Both the position numbers and the translations under genes were made by a program. DNA of 64,000 bases, from contig JBFRWN010000098.1 in the NCBI GenBank assembly GCA_051439605.1, forward strand, positions 32,001 to 96,000, written 5' to 3'. The notes under the pieces are model-generated. The model had not been told where the DNA came from and made no database searches. It worked only from the letters and a program-made list of their open reading frames with translations. Shown here piece by piece: positions 29,631 through 41,895 of this stretch (the first letter of the stretch is position 1; each line of letters begins with the position of its first letter). The DNA comes from Synechococcus sp. (GTDB lineage: Bacteria > Cyanobacteriota > Cyanobacteriia > Thermostichales > PCC-7336).

Positions 29631-29918
29631 CTTTATGAAGGTCAAAGACCTCCTTCTGCCAGGGTTCAATTAGATACGACAACCATCCTCTCAACCTCTA
29701 CAGACAGGGACAGAAAACTTGACATTACTAGAGCAACAACAGAGATCCCCAACTGTGGCAACACGAACGCGATGTTTAGGCTCGGCGATCGCCACAAAGA
29801 TTCAATAGTCCGCCAAAGAATAGCAGTACTATTTTTCTAGGGGTCGATCTCGACCATTGCTTTGCGATCTTTTTCGCAATCCGAGCTATCTCACAAGCGC
29901 TCTAGTCCCAGGCTCCCT

Positions 29919-31838
29919 ATGCAAGCTCCATCTCTACACCCACAAACTGTGGAAGAGGTGCGGCAAAAGGCCGACATTGTTGAGGTCATTGCCGAAAAAG
30001 TTGTCTTGCGCAAGCGGGGCAAAAATTTTGTCGGCCTCTGTCCATTCCATCAGGATCGTAAACCGAGTTTCTACGTCAGCCAACCCAAGCAAATCTACAA
30101 ATGCTTTTCTTGTGGCGAGGGGGGCGATGTCCTGCGTTTTGTAATGAAGCAAGACAACCTGTCGTTCAGCGAAGCTGTACTTCAGCTGGGCCAACGCTAC
30201 GGGGTTAGCATCCAAACGGCCTCTCCCGAGAAAAAGCGGCAGTACGAACAATTCGTCTCTCGTCAGGAGAAACTGTTCGAGATCCTCTACCTTGCCAGCG
30301 ATTTTTATCAGCACGTGCTACGCTCCCCGCAAGGGGAGGCCGCCCGCCGGTATCTTGAAGAGCGGCAAATCTCTATCGAAACGCAGCAGCAGTTTCAAAT
30401 TGGTTTTTCCCCAGCGGGCTGGCAGCCCCTGTACGAATATCTGGTGAACCAAAAGGGATTGCCCGTCAAGTTGCTGGAAGCCGCCGGATTGGTCTCCCCC
30501 CGCTCAAATGGCAATGGCTGGTACGATCGCTTCCGCCATCGCATCATGCTCCCCATTTTTGATGCCCGCGGGCGCACCATTGGCTTTGGGGGCAGAGCCA
30601 TGGGAGACGAGCAGCCCAAGTACCTCAACTCTCCGGAAACAGAACTTTTCGATAAAAGCCAAATCCTTTACGGTCTTAATTTCGCCAGAGAGGCAATTTC
30701 CAAGCAAGATCGGGCTCTGGTCGTCGAAGGATATTTTGATGTCATCGCTCTCCACCAAGCGGGGGTGAACGTGGCGGTTGCGGCGTTAGGGACGGCCCTG
30801 GGTACACAACAGGTCAAGCATCTACTGCGCTATAGCGAATCTAAACAGGTCATCTTAAACTTTGATGCCGATGCCGCTGGCGTGACAGCAGCGCAGCGAA
30901 CAATCGCTTCCCTCAAAGACTTAGCGCGTCGTGGAGACGTTCAACTGCGCATTCTAACCATTCCGGAGGGGAAGGATGCCGATGAATTTTTGCGTACCCA
31001 CAGTAAGGAAGCCTACGAATCCCTGCTCGAGGAGTCACCGCTATGGGTGGACTGGACCATCGAGCAAACATTGGTCGCGAAACACCTGTCAAACCCCGTT
31101 CACTTTCAACAAGCCAGTCAAGAGGTGGTGCGCATTCTGTCAGATTTAACCGATACGATGATGCGCTCCCATTACATCCACCATGCGGCTGAACTTCTCA
31201 GCCGTGGGGATGGCCGGCTGGCGCTGCGACTCGAGGAAGAATTGCGCCGTAACGTCCGCACCTATCGTTGGCGAGGTAAAGACACCAAAGTTGCAGAGCG
31301 ATCGGGGAAGTTACAAACTTCAGAATCTCAGTTGCTGCAGATTTACCTGCATTTCAGCGAACATCGCCACTATATCCGCGACAAGATGGCTGATCGCGAA
31401 CTGCAATTTAACCTGGCCCACCACCGCACCCTTTGGCGTAAGATTCTCGACTTGCTCACTCACGAGCCAGGGATTGAGGAGCGTGCGGACGATCTCCTCA
31501 ACTCCCTGCGTGCCAGCTGTGCCCACGACGAACAAATGAATCAACAACTGAGTCACCTCTTGTGGTTGGATGAAAATACTCGGGTGGCACTCATGCGTCC
31601 AAAGATGGTGGTGCGGGCGGCGATCGCCAATATGGAGCTAGAAATCTGCCAAAAACGATATCGATATTGGACGCAACTCTGGGACAAAGCCTATCAGGAT
31701 GGAGACACCGATTTAGCGCGCGTATACCAAAGCCATATTCACTCAGAGCATCAAAAAATTCAGCAACTCCAAAAAGCCGTTCAACTCACGTTTGAAGAAC
31801 TCGTGCAGGCTCCATTATTTGAAAACCAGCTGCCTTAA
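29919..31838 (+). CDS. dnaG: DNA primase
   Basis: CHC2 zinc finger CPFH...CFSC, DRFRHRIMLPI, PKYLNSPET, TOPRIM EGYFDV / FDADAAG / KDADEF. Confidence 0.96.
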   Translation: MQAPSLHPQTVEEVRQKADIVEVIAEKVVLRKRGKNFVGLCPFHQDRKPSFYVSQPKQIYKCFSCGEGGDVLRFVMKQDNLSFSEAVLQLGQRYGVSIQTASPEKKRQYEQFVSRQEKLFEILYLASDFYQHVLRSPQGEAARRYLEERQISIETQQQFQIGFSPAGWQPLYEYLVNQKGLPVKLLEAAGLVSPRSNGNGWYDRFRHRIMLPIFDARGRTIGFGGRAMGDEQPKYLNSPETELFDKSQILYGLNFAREAISKQDRALVVEGYFDVIALHQAGVNVAVAALGTALGTQQVKHLLRYSESKQVILNFDADAAGVTAAQRTIASLKDLARRGDVQLRILTIPEGKDADEFLRTHSKEAYESLLEESPLWVDWTIEQTLVAKHLSNPVHFQQASQEVVRILSDLTDTMMRSHYIHHAAELLSRGDGRLALRLEEELRRNVRTYRWRGKDTKVAERSGKLQTSESQLLQIYLHFSEHRHYIRDKMADRELQFNLAHHRTLWRKILDLLTHEPGIEERADDLLNSLRASCAHDEQMNQQLSHLLWLDENTRVALMRPKMVVRAAIANMELEICQKRYRYWTQLWDKAYQDGDTDLARVYQSHIHSEHQKIQQLQKAVQLTFEELVQAPLFENQLP

Positions 31839-31973
31839 CCGGTGATTCCGCAGATACATCAGAAAAGGTATGTGAAACCTAACGCTTCAGACTTTTTCGA
31901 AATCGCGGAGATGCCGCCAAAAATACAGGCCAGAGAGCAACAATGACCCAACGACCAGCTCCTTGGTAAGTCC

Positions 31974-32022
31974 TGCGGGTGTTTCGGGCTGTCATGTAGC
32001 AACCACAGCCGTAAAACACGCA
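31974..32022. terminator. Long hairpin between convergent dnaG and ndhJ
   Basis: TGCG-GGTGTTT-CGG-GCTGT ... ACAGC-CG-T-AAAACAC-GCA imperfect stem. Confidence 0.4.
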
Positions 32023-32052
32023 CAATCCGATCACGATCACCGTTCCCATAAG

Positions 32053-32577
32053 TTAATAAGCGTCCTGAAGCTCGTAAAAGTCAGGTGTGACGTAGTCTTT
32101 ACGCATGGGCCAGCCCACCCAATCTTCAGGCATCAAAATCCGCTTCAGATTCGGATGGCCCTCGTAGATGATGCCATACATATCATAGGTCTCTCGCTCT
32201 TGCCAATCCGCGGTCTTCCAAATCCAGTAGACGGATGGAATGCGAGGATCTTCCCGAGGGAGAAAAACCTTAATTCGTAATTCATCGGGTCGATCCGCGT
32301 CATCTTTCAACTTAATCAAATGATAAGTACTGACCAAGTCTTTCCCAGGCCCCATGTCGTAACCACACTGACATTGCAGGTAGTTGAAACCCAAACCATA
32401 GATCAACTTTGCGATAATGGGCAGCACTTCACGAGCTAAAGCAATCATTTCCACGCCGCGACGATCGAAACCCAAAAACTCGTGATCGAAATCGTTGTTC
32501 TGGAGAAATTGAGAAACTGGACCGCGCTGAACTACAGACTCTCCGCCCTGATGTGCTAAGTCGGTTGCTTCACTCAT
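32053..32577 (-). CDS. ndhJ: NAD(P)H-quinone oxidoreductase subunit J
   Basis: [49 protein letters not shown]. Confidence 0.96.
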   Translation of the reverse strand: MSEATDLAHQGGESVVQRGPVSQFLQNNDFDHEFLGFDRRGVEMIALAREVLPIIAKLIYGLGFNYLQCQCGYDMGPGKDLVSTYHLIKLKDDADRPDELRIKVFLPREDPRIPSVYWIWKTADWQERETYDMYGIIYEGHPNLKRILMPEDWVGWPMRKDYVTPDFYELQDAY

Positions 32578-33329
32578 GATTGACCTGCCTCCTCAACCAA
32601 CTTTTCGGGTTCACCAGCTTTCATCGCATCAGGAATCTCAATGCCATACACAGCCGCCAATTCAGCGGGAGGAGCTTGACGGGTTTCAGCCTCAAGATAT
32701 TTACCCGTCAAAATTTCAGGCACGGGCTTGAGCTCGTGGGCAATACTGTAATACCGGTGCGTCGGCATCTTATTGCCCAACTCACGAATGTCCTCCGCTG
32801 CCATCTTTTTGCGCAGCTTAACGATCGCATCCATGATGGCCTCGGGACGAGGAGGACAGCCTGGAATGTATACATCAACGGGAATGAGCTTGTCCACCCC
32901 CCGAACTGTCGAATAGGAGTCTGTACTGAACATCCCACCGGTAATCGTGCAGGCTCCCATGGCAATCACATATCTAGGCTCGGGCATCTGCTGGTAAAGC
33001 TTAACCAAAGCAGGAGCCATTTTCATAGTGACAGTTCCAGCAGTAATGATCAGGTCCGCCTGACGAGGAGAGGACCGGGGCAAAAGACCAAAGCGGTCAA
33101 AGTCAAATCGAGACCCAATCATGGCTGCGAACTCAATAAAGCAGCAGCTAGTGCCGTACAGCAATGGCCAAACGCTGGACATTTTTGCCCAGCTGTAGAG
33201 GTCATTTATTGTTGTCAGAATGACGTTGTTGGACAAATCAGAGGTAACCTGAGGTTTCTCCACCGGGAACTGCAGTTCCTTAGCAGGGTTAGCTCCGAGA
33301 ACATCCGCATCAGATGGCGTCATGACCAT
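32574..33329 (-). CDS. ndhK: NAD(P)H-quinone oxidoreductase subunit K
   Basis: [33 protein letters not shown]. Confidence 0.97.
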   Translation of the reverse strand: MVMTPSDADVLGANPAKELQFPVEKPQVTSDLSNNVILTTINDLYSWAKMSSVWPLLYGTSCCFIEFAAMIGSRFDFDRFGLLPRSSPRQADLIITAGTVTMKMAPALVKLYQQMPEPRYVIAMGACTITGGMFSTDSYSTVRGVDKLIPVDVYIPGCPPRPEAIMDAIVKLRKKMAAEDIRELGNKMPTHRYYSIAHELKPVPEILTGKYLEAETRQAPPAELAAVYGIEIPDAMKAGEPEKLVEEAGQS

Positions 33330-33682
33330 TCCAGCGCTCCTTTTCTCCAGGCATAGACAAGTCCAAAAATCAAGATAGTGATGAAAACAATGGCTTCGAC
33401 AAAGGCTAGTATGCCGAGCTTGTGAAAGGCAACCGCCCAGGGATATAGAAAGACCGTTTCCACGTCAAACACAACAAAAACTAGCGCAAACATGTAGTAA
33501 CGAATATTGAACTGAATCCAGGCTCCCCCCTGAGGCTCCATGCCAGATTCGTAAGTGGTTAAACGCAAACCACTCCGTTGCTTAGGGCTCAGGAAGTAAC
33601 CCGCCACCAACACGGCTGCTGATAGCAGACCGCACAGCAGCAAAAAGACTAGAAAATAGTCGTAACCGGTCAGAACAAACAC
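33320..33682 (-). CDS. ndhC: NAD(P)H-quinone oxidoreductase subunit 3
   Basis: [45 protein letters not shown]. Confidence 0.97.
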   Translation of the reverse strand: MFVLTGYDYFLVFLLLCGLLSAAVLVAGYFLSPKQRSGLRLTTYESGMEPQGGAWIQFNIRYYMFALVFVVFDVETVFLYPWAVAFHKLGILAFVEAIVFITILIFGLVYAWRKGALEWS

Positions 33683-33915
33683 TCGGTCTTCGTCACATTG
33701 CTTAACGACTTGTATATCAGTATAAGCACAGTCCGCAGAGGGGGACAGTTAACACTGATGAAAGGTCAAACATATCGATCCTGCCAAAGATGCCATTCAT
33801 GGCTAGAAGTCACGTCAGCCATGGCAGTCTTGGCTCAAGCATAGTTTCCACAAACTCTGAATAGAATGAGCGTGAACAGAATGCAACCCGACGGCGATCG
33901 CCAACGAGAAGGGGA

Positions 33916-34305
33916 TTAGTCAGCCTCCACCATGGCTTTATACTCTTCAGCGGACATCGTTTCATCCATGTCCTCGAGATTCGTCATTTCAACTTTGAAT
34001 AGCCAAGCATCGCCGTAAGGATCGTCAGCAATGTTTTCTGGGCTATCAACCATCGCCTCGTTAATAGCAACCACAGTGCCGCTCACGGGGGCATACAGAT
34101 CTTCAACTGCCTTAACAGACTCAACAGAGCCAATCGTGTCTCCTTTCTCGACAGAGTCCCCTTCATCGGGCAACCCCACAAAGACGATGTCTCCCAACTG
34201 ATCGACAGCAAAGGCAGTGATGCCAATGGTTACCACGTTGTCTTCTACGAGGAGGTACTCGTGGGAATCTACGTAGCGGAGGGATTCCGGATAGTCCAGG
34301 GCCAT
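33916..34305 (-). CDS. gcvH: Glycine cleavage system H protein
   Basis: SHEY, IGITAFAVDQLGDIVFV, lipoyl-Lys motif VESVKA, DPYGDAWL. Confidence 0.96.
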   Translation of the reverse strand: MALDYPESLRYVDSHEYLLVEDNVVTIGITAFAVDQLGDIVFVGLPDEGDSVEKGDTIGSVESVKAVEDLYAPVSGTVVAINEAMVDSPENIADDPYGDAWLFKVEMTNLEDMDETMSAEEYKAMVEAD

Positions 34306-34471
34306 GACGCGATACTTCCTTACGCTCAAATTCTCCGGCCAGTTGGGCTGTGCGCTCGCAACCGCCATTCAGGATTAAACCTTGTAATTTGTCTCAGAGT
34401 CAAAGGCAGATTCCAATTGTCCGAACGCCATTTCAGAGTCGTTTGAATCAAGAGCCGCAGGGAAACTGCCC

Positions 34472-35941
34472 CTAATGCAATTCCAGGGACTCCGGGTCAG
34501 AGCGCACCTGCACATCCATTTGACGTAAAATTCGTAACGAATCTTCAGGGCCATCAATTTGGCCTGCATCCGTCAACCAAAAGGAAGCAATACCGAGATC
34601 TGCAAGAAATTGCACGTATTCTCCCAAGGGGGGGCGATCAAATACAGCCGCTTTCACTACAGAAAAGCCACGTTCCACCCACGGGGCAGCTGCAAATCGC
34701 TCGTAGTAAAACAACTGTCCAACAGTTTCCTGGATGCTTTCAGCCATATCTTGCTGGTAAAGCAGCTTGACTTCAGCCAACAACACTCGGTTGTCTTTGA
34801 CCGCTAAGAAGTCAAAGAATTGCCGATCTTCGCGAACTTCCATCCCCGCCAGCCGGAACCAGCGACGAAACTGTAGCAAGATCTCGTTATGCTTTGGCGT
34901 GCGCTCCAGTTGGCGACGGCGGCGACGTTCGGCCATCAACGGATCGTAGCGATCGCCCGACGGTAATCCGCTACTGGTATAGTCCGGAGGCTCGTCTGGA
35001 TCGAGCAAAATATGCCCCCCAGTTGGCTGGGGCAACAATTGAGGAATCGACCAGCTACTGAGGTGCCGGGAAGCATGGCTCAACAGTTCGGTTTCCGGAA
35101 ACATTTCCTGCTGGCAAGCTGCGCTTAAAATACTTCGATTGAAAGGGGATTCAGAATCGACATCGAAAATTTTCCGCATTTGCCAACCCTGCAGCCCTAA
35201 ATCTTCTGCAAACTGTTCGGGGGAAAGAGTTTGACGCTGCTTTTGAAGAGTGGAGTTACCAAAGTACAGCGACACCATCACCGGATAGATGGGTAGTGGC
35301 TGGTTGTTGGGCACCAACATACTCCACATCGTTTCTGTCCAGTCAATGCGGAACACCTCTGCATCTGGCCCGCTCCCTACCACCTGCAGCATTTTGGGAA
35401 ATCCCGCCTGCCAACCACAGGGATGATCGTCAAATCGGCACCGTTGTCGCCCTTGATCGACGTTCATAGGAAATTGACCGTCGTAGAACCTTAACGGGCA
35501 CAAATCGCGATCGCCATTCAAAAATTCTGCATCCCGCCACATGCTGGGGGAGCTAGCGTGACAGCCAATCCCCTCTTGACCGTTGCAGGCTTTCAGCCAG
35601 CGGCGCTCCCAATATTGATCGGAGGAGGACTGAGGCAAAATTGGCTGGGGCATCCCCCCTGCATCACCATTAAACAGCGGCCAAATTAATGCAGTTCCAT
35701 CGGGTAGAGAGGGCAAGTGGGGATGGGATTTACAATAAAACGGATCGCAGATTGTGGAGGCAATTTCTGCCAGTGTCATGCCTTTCGCGTCACCTACCCA
35801 GGGCATCAGATCTCCTGCCTGAATAGCGAGGGCCACCTCTAAACCTTGAGGACGAAACCCCACGGCATAGCGACTATAGCCATGCAACAGTTGCATCGCT
35901 TGCACAAACAGGTCGTAGCGGAGAACAGATATGGCTGCCAT
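34472..35941 (-). CDS. Uncharacterised protein: Cys/His-rich N-terminal region plus C-terminal PD-(D/E)XK nuclease-like domain
   Basis: C-terminal HNEIL...FDFLAVKDNRVLLAEVK...QETVGQLFYY; 8 Cys in the N-terminal ~280 aa. ORF is open to a TTG at 35953. Confidence 0.75.
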   Translation of the reverse strand: MAAISVLRYDLFVQAMQLLHGYSRYAVGFRPQGLEVALAIQAGDLMPWVGDAKGMTLAEIASTICDPFYCKSHPHLPSLPDGTALIWPLFNGDAGGMPQPILPQSSSDQYWERRWLKACNGQEGIGCHASSPSMWRDAEFLNGDRDLCPLRFYDGQFPMNVDQGRQRCRFDDHPCGWQAGFPKMLQVVGSGPDAEVFRIDWTETMWSMLVPNNQPLPIYPVMVSLYFGNSTLQKQRQTLSPEQFAEDLGLQGWQMRKIFDVDSESPFNRSILSAACQQEMFPETELLSHASRHLSSWSIPQLLPQPTGGHILLDPDEPPDYTSSGLPSGDRYDPLMAERRRRRQLERTPKHNEILLQFRRWFRLAGMEVREDRQFFDFLAVKDNRVLLAEVKLLYQQDMAESIQETVGQLFYYERFAAAPWVERGFSVVKAAVFDRPPLGEYVQFLADLGIASFWLTDAGQIDGPEDSLRILRQMDVQVRSDPESLELH

Positions 35942-36400
35942 AGCCGAGTTCAAGGAGCAATTATTTCAATAGCAATCCTGCGAATCCATAGTTACCTACA
36001 AAACAACCTCCAAATAAGCAAAACGTACGCTAAAGAGGTACTACAGGAGAGATGGAAATTGATGCCAGTCTTCTTCGCTTGAGCCACATGCATCGCGCAG
36101 GCAACTATAGACCAGGAGCCAATTCCTGCTCAAAGCAGGTAGGCTACTTCAATCATTCAAATCTAGCCCACAGTTTTCGGCAACTGAATTCACATTCGAC
36201 AACTATGGTCGTTACAACCCTTTCTGGGGTTACAGGGCGCAACTAGCTTGTGCCTGAAGGGCTGCTCCATTGTTGATGCAAGCTTCTGCATCCAAGAAAT
36301 AAACGCTCTAGAGTGTTCAGAAAATATCAAATTTCTCGGGGAATTTGTCTCATCGTGTGCTGGATGTATGGTTAGTGCATTACGCTTAGGGGCGCAATAA

Positions 36401-37702
<1,302 letters not shown>

Positions 37703-37968
37703 TCAAAGCAATCCGTTCTCGTTTATCAACCATCAACCCGCTCCGCATTGCACCTGAGTGGGTTCGTGGTTATGCTCACACCCTCTAACCATTGCTATCT
37801 CATCTACGTAGCAGCCTCAATTGGCAACGTTCTTGCTCTGCTAACTGTTAGGGAATAGCAATATGTCATCAGATTGAAGCGGTCGGATTGTCCTGTGGGT
37901 AAGCTTAGTAATGGAGGTTCGCAAAGGCTGTCACCCCCATTGCGAGCAGCAGTAACGGAGAAAAATTC

Positions 37969-38418
37969 ATGAGATCTGCTCGCGACGACAGCGAAGCAAA
38001 AATGGTCAATGTCCTCGAAGAATTGGTCCTGAACGAAGCCAATCGACAAATCAGTAACTTGGCCGAACGGGAACAGCAAAAACTTGTCGTTGTCGAAGTT
38101 GCAGCCTACGTCCTCAACCGAATGGAACCCATGTACGCAACCACTCGGGACGGCTGGGGTCACCAGCGGGAAAGGGCTCTACGCAACTCTAGTCAAGAAG
38201 TCAGGCAACAGGTTACTCGGGCGATCGCCAAAATGCAAAAAACTCCATCTCTCCTTAGAAGACCCCTGCCAGAGACGGTGGAGGCCCGTTGTGCCCTCAA
38301 CCAGTTGCGTACCACACTCAATCAACCGAACCTGACCTGGATGGAGGTTCCTCAGTTGGTTCAAGCACTCATGGCACAAACCCAAACAATGATTCATTCC
38401 CACTCGAAAGTTGGGTGA
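37969..38418 (+). CDS. Late competence development ComFB family protein
   Basis: NVLEELV...EVAAYVLNRMEPMYATTRDGW resembles the ComFB N-E-V...ALNRLPP-Y signature. Confidence 0.75.
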   Translation: MRSARDDSEAKMVNVLEELVLNEANRQISNLAEREQQKLVVVEVAAYVLNRMEPMYATTRDGWGHQRERALRNSSQEVRQQVTRAIAKMQKTPSLLRRPLPETVEARCALNQLRTTLNQPNLTWMEVPQLVQALMAQTQTMIHSHSKVG

Positions 38419-38682
38419 CAGGGGGGCCTGACAGAACAAGTTAAGGCGTCATTCTTCAGTATCAAATACAACTCTACTGGTTCTACTTTTGACAGAAGCT
38501 AGTCAAGAGCTGCCCCCTGATCGAGCGGATTTATGGTTTCTGCATCCCGAGACCCAAACATTAGGATTCAGTCGCAAATAGGCGTCGTTCGCGAGATCGA
38601 CCGCTATTGCCGTCGCACGCGGGTAAAAGGCTCCCATAACGCCATCTACCGCAGTGTGCTGAGCAAACGGATGGCATGGCAA

Positions 38683-39207
38683 CTATTCACCGTCGTAGCA
38701 CACCAAGCTATAGACTGGAATACTGTCGGGCAGCCGAGCTCGCCCATTGAGGAAACTCAGCTCAACCACAAATCCAAATCCACATAGCTGGGCTCCTGCA
38801 GCCTCCACCAGTTCGGCGGTGGCTACAGCTGTCCCCCCAGTTGCAATCAGATCGTCAATGACGACTACTCGACTGTCCGGCGAAAATGCATCCGCATGAA
38901 TTTCCAAACAATCCGTACCGTACTCCAAAGCATATTCTCGGCTCAGTGTACGAGCTGGTAGCTTGCCAGGCTTGCGAACAGGCACGAAGCCAGCCCCTAA
39001 GCGATAGGCCAATGGAGTCCCAAACATAAACCCTCGGGATTCGGTGCCAACCACATAGTCTATATGACTGTCGCGAAAACAGGCGTGCAGGCGATCGATG
39101 CAAGCCTGCAGGCCCTGCGGATCGTTTAATAGCGTTGTAATATCGCGAAAAACAATTCCGGGCTTAGGAAAATCAGGGATACTGCGAATTAAGGACTTGA
39201 GATCCAT
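38683..39207 (-). CDS. apt: Adenine phosphoribosyltransferase
   Basis: [44 protein letters not shown]. Confidence 0.97.
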   Translation of the reverse strand: MDLKSLIRSIPDFPKPGIVFRDITTLLNDPQGLQACIDRLHACFRDSHIDYVVGTESRGFMFGTPLAYRLGAGFVPVRKPGKLPARTLSREYALEYGTDCLEIHADAFSPDSRVVVIDDLIATGGTAVATAELVEAAGAQLCGFGFVVELSFLNGRARLPDSIPVYSLVCYDGE

Positions 39208-39448
39208 TTAGGTACTCCTCTGCACTCAAAAGCACTCTACAGGGAAACTTTAGGGAGGTGGCCAATTGAGTAGACGCTCTAGGAGATCGGCACACAACCC
39301 GCCTTTTGGCGAGATTCTAGAATCGCGAGCAAAAATCTATAGTTGAGCGATCTCTTGCTATTTTGCGTTCACTCCCCTGCAGTGATTTCTTTTACTGGTG
39401 AGAAACCCCTATCTTGAAATTGGGTTCCACTAGTGAATAACTCTACTC

Positions 39449-40120
39449 ATGACCCTTCTCTTCCACATTGGTTTAACGACCGCACTGTCGGCACTTCTGG
39501 CCATTTCCGTCCGACAGCGACACCCCCCCTTATTGATTGCAGAAGTTGGGCTGATATCAGTAGCTTTATGGTCCATCTTAGATGGCATGTGGCAACCCAC
39601 CCACGCATTTTCGGTCCTAGAACCCAGCTTCCTTTTGGTCATTTTGGCGGGAATCGTCAGCACTTACACCATTGGTCAATGGCCTCCCACAACAATTGCC
39701 CTCATCACATTTTTGGCAGTCGGTGGTGTAACAACACTAGTTGCGCAGCCACTCCTACAACCTGTCCAAGTTGGAGACTTCATCCCTGTTGTACGGGAAG
39801 CAATCAATTCGGGAGCTCCAATGGTTCTGGCAGCATTAGGCGGAGTCGCGCTCTACGCCACCTGCATCAGTCCTCAGTGGCAGTGGCCTAGAGCCGTCGC
39901 CTTAGGCGTTGCTTTGGCTGCTGCTCTAGTAAGCGACAGTGTCATATACACCGCGCTGTCTCAAGGAAAGCAATTATGGAGCACAAGCGCTTGGATTCAC
40001 CCCCTACTGCTGAAGCTAGCCGACAAAATTCTTTTGAGTGCTGTAATTGTGACGCCTTTGGTGTCTTGGGGATTGGCAGGTATCGAAGAAACAGCTCGGC
40101 AAGCCAATCCGAAGGGCTAA
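39449..40120 (+). CDS. Hypothetical polytopic membrane protein
   Basis: 223-aa ORF with several hydrophobic segments, filling the gap between apt and the NYN gene. Confidence 0.65.
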   Translation: MTLLFHIGLTTALSALLAISVRQRHPPLLIAEVGLISVALWSILDGMWQPTHAFSVLEPSFLLVILAGIVSTYTIGQWPPTTIALITFLAVGGVTTLVAQPLLQPVQVGDFIPVVREAINSGAPMVLAALGGVALYATCISPQWQWPRAVALGVALAAALVSDSVIYTALSQGKQLWSTSAWIHPLLLKLADKILLSAVIVTPLVSWGLAGIEETARQANPKG

Positions 40121-40129
40121 CCCGTAGTC

Positions 40130-40663
40130 CTAAGCCCCAACATCTTTACCGTTTAAACGCCATTGCATCAGGCGATCGCGGGTACCCTCATCCAAAAAAC
40201 CGTCGATACCGCGACCGGGCTTACGGGTGGAACGTGCCGCTCTTTTGGCTTGTTTTGCTGCGTGCTTCACTTCTTCGAACAGCCCCAACACAGACACCCA
40301 GTCTGCATCGAAGCCCATAGCCACTAACTGAATGCTGCGATCGGAAGTCGCCACCCGCACTCGACAATCCTCCCACTGCAAGTGCGCGCAGGTGCGTTCA
40401 ATCACCGTATCGGCGGTTTCCCCATATTCAGAGAAATGTACATCCAGCCCCTTGGGGGCGAGCATTGGCACGCTTGGCTGCCGATGCTTGTGGGCATCAA
40501 ATACAACCATTCCGCTGTATCCCTTAAAGACAACGAAATTAGACAGTCGCTCTAGCAAGCGCGATCGCGCAATATGCAACTCTGACTTGGTCGCATATTT
40601 CTTCAGACTAGGCCATGCGTGGATCGCGTTATATCCATCCACAATTAAGACGGTGGCAGCCAT
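40130..40663 (-). CDS. NYN domain ribonuclease (YacP/Rae1-like)
   Basis: LIVDGYNAI, VVFDA, ETADTVIER, VATSD. Confidence 0.88.
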   Translation of the reverse strand: MAATVLIVDGYNAIHAWPSLKKYATKSELHIARSRLLERLSNFVVFKGYSGMVVFDAHKHRQPSVPMLAPKGLDVHFSEYGETADTVIERTCAHLQWEDCRVRVATSDRSIQLVAMGFDADWVSVLGLFEEVKHAAKQAKRAARSTRKPGRGIDGFLDEGTRDRLMQWRLNGKDVGA

Positions 40664-40823
40664 AAAGCCCAATCCGAAGGAACCGTACTATTATTGCTGA
40701 ACAAAAACTTAATTGACAATTTATTGCTATTTTTCTCTAGCCAGCAATCAATTCCCGAAAATGACGCTGGTCCATCAGCGGCCTAGAGAGCGCTGGACTA
40801 CTCTACCGAGAATGCCGGGGGAC

Positions 40824-41639
40824 TCAAACCCCTACCGCCAAATTCCAGTACCAGCTCGCTAAACGTTCTCCAAAAAATAGTGCCACCACAGCACCAAGTA
40901 CCAAGTAGGGACCAAAAGGAATGGGCTTCCCCCATCGCTTGCCGCGAATGAACTTCATGGCTATGCCACAAACACTGCCTAGGAGGCACCCAACAAAGAC
41001 CGTCACGAAAACAGCCTGCCAACCCAGCCACATTCCAATTGCAGCCAACAACTTACCATCTCCTCCTCCCATGGCCTCTTTGCCCAAGACCAATAGGCCG
41101 ATCCAGCCAATTGCCTCCAGCAACAAAATCCCTAGGGTCATACCAATCGCACCATCCAACAATACCGGGGCGATCGCCCTTACCGAATTCCCTTGTAGCA
41201 ACGGTAGAGTCACACGTAAAGCCAGCCCCACAAGTAAAGCTGACCGGGTTAGCAAATCCGGCAGCAGGTAGGTTTCCACATCGATCAAAGCAAGCGGGAG
41301 CAGCCAGCTCAGCAAAAGCGCTGCGCTAACCGCAGACCAAGACCATCCCAACACCGCAAAACACAGAATAAATAACCCCATCGTGAATGCTTCCACGGCA
41401 GGATAGCGCGCCGATATCTTGGTACCGCAGTGGCGACATCGCCCCCGTAACCACAACCAGCCTAATATCGGGACATTTTCAGTGGGCCCTAAGCCGGTTC
41501 CGCAGCTTGGGCAGTGAGAGGGAGGATGCAACAGCGAAAGCTGGCGCGGCACGCGATAAACAACCACATTGAGAAAGCTGCCGATGGAAGCACCCAGTAC
41601 TGCTACCAGTAGCCAACCTGGCCAAAACTCCAATCCCAT
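40824..41639 (-). CDS. pilD: Prepilin peptidase / N-methyltransferase
   Basis: GSFLNVVVYR, SHCPSC, ENVPILGW..LRGRCRHC, ISARYP, MGGGDGKL, IPFGPYL. Confidence 0.94.
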   Translation of the reverse strand: MGLEFWPGWLLVAVLGASIGSFLNVVVYRVPRQLSLLHPPSHCPSCGTGLGPTENVPILGWLWLRGRCRHCGTKISARYPAVEAFTMGLFILCFAVLGWSWSAVSAALLLSWLLPLALIDVETYLLPDLLTRSALLVGLALRVTLPLLQGNSVRAIAPVLLDGAIGMTLGILLLEAIGWIGLLVLGKEAMGGGDGKLLAAIGMWLGWQAVFVTVFVGCLLGSVCGIAMKFIRGKRWGKPIPFGPYLVLGAVVALFFGERLASWYWNLAVGV

Positions 41640-41667
41640 TCACATTGCCTGCTGCTCGCGTTCGAGC

Positions 41668-41895
41668 CTAGGATGCCACCGGCATTTGTAATTGGTTCAG
41701 GGGAATAAATTTTTCATGGGGGAGTAACACGGGATGAGAAGAACACAACACCTCTCCTCGCAGTGTTTCTAGATTGACAGCAACCCCGGTGGGCAAGCGA
41801 TCGCGCAATTCAAACCAGTGCTTTTTCTCGTCGTACACCTGGCGCGCAACCATCACTAATTCTGCATTCACGATCTTGAGCCTCAACCCACACAC
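41668..41895 (-). CDS. Small conserved cyanobacterial hypothetical protein
   Basis: AR..Y...PTGVAVN..TLRG....S.PVLLPHE.FIP..Q pattern recalls a small cyanobacterial family (recalled, not searched); co-oriented just upstream of pilD. Start uncertain. Confidence 0.6.
   Translation of the reverse strand: MCGLRLKIVNAELVMVARQVYDEKKHWFELRDRLPTGVAVNLETLRGEVLCSSHPVLLPHEKFIPLNQLQMPVAS

Noticed and set aside
27720..29700. Possible gene interrupted by the IS630
   Set aside because: Rejoining the flanks at the inferred TA gave no long or recognisable reading frame in the frames I translated.
29825..29838. AGTACTATTTTTCT upstream of dnaG as a LexA box
   Set aside because: Mismatch at a conserved G of the cyanobacterial consensus, and recA itself shows no box; not supportable.
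32580..33356. 258-aa ORF on the + strand
   Set aside because: Antisense shadow of ndhK; no recognisable motifs.
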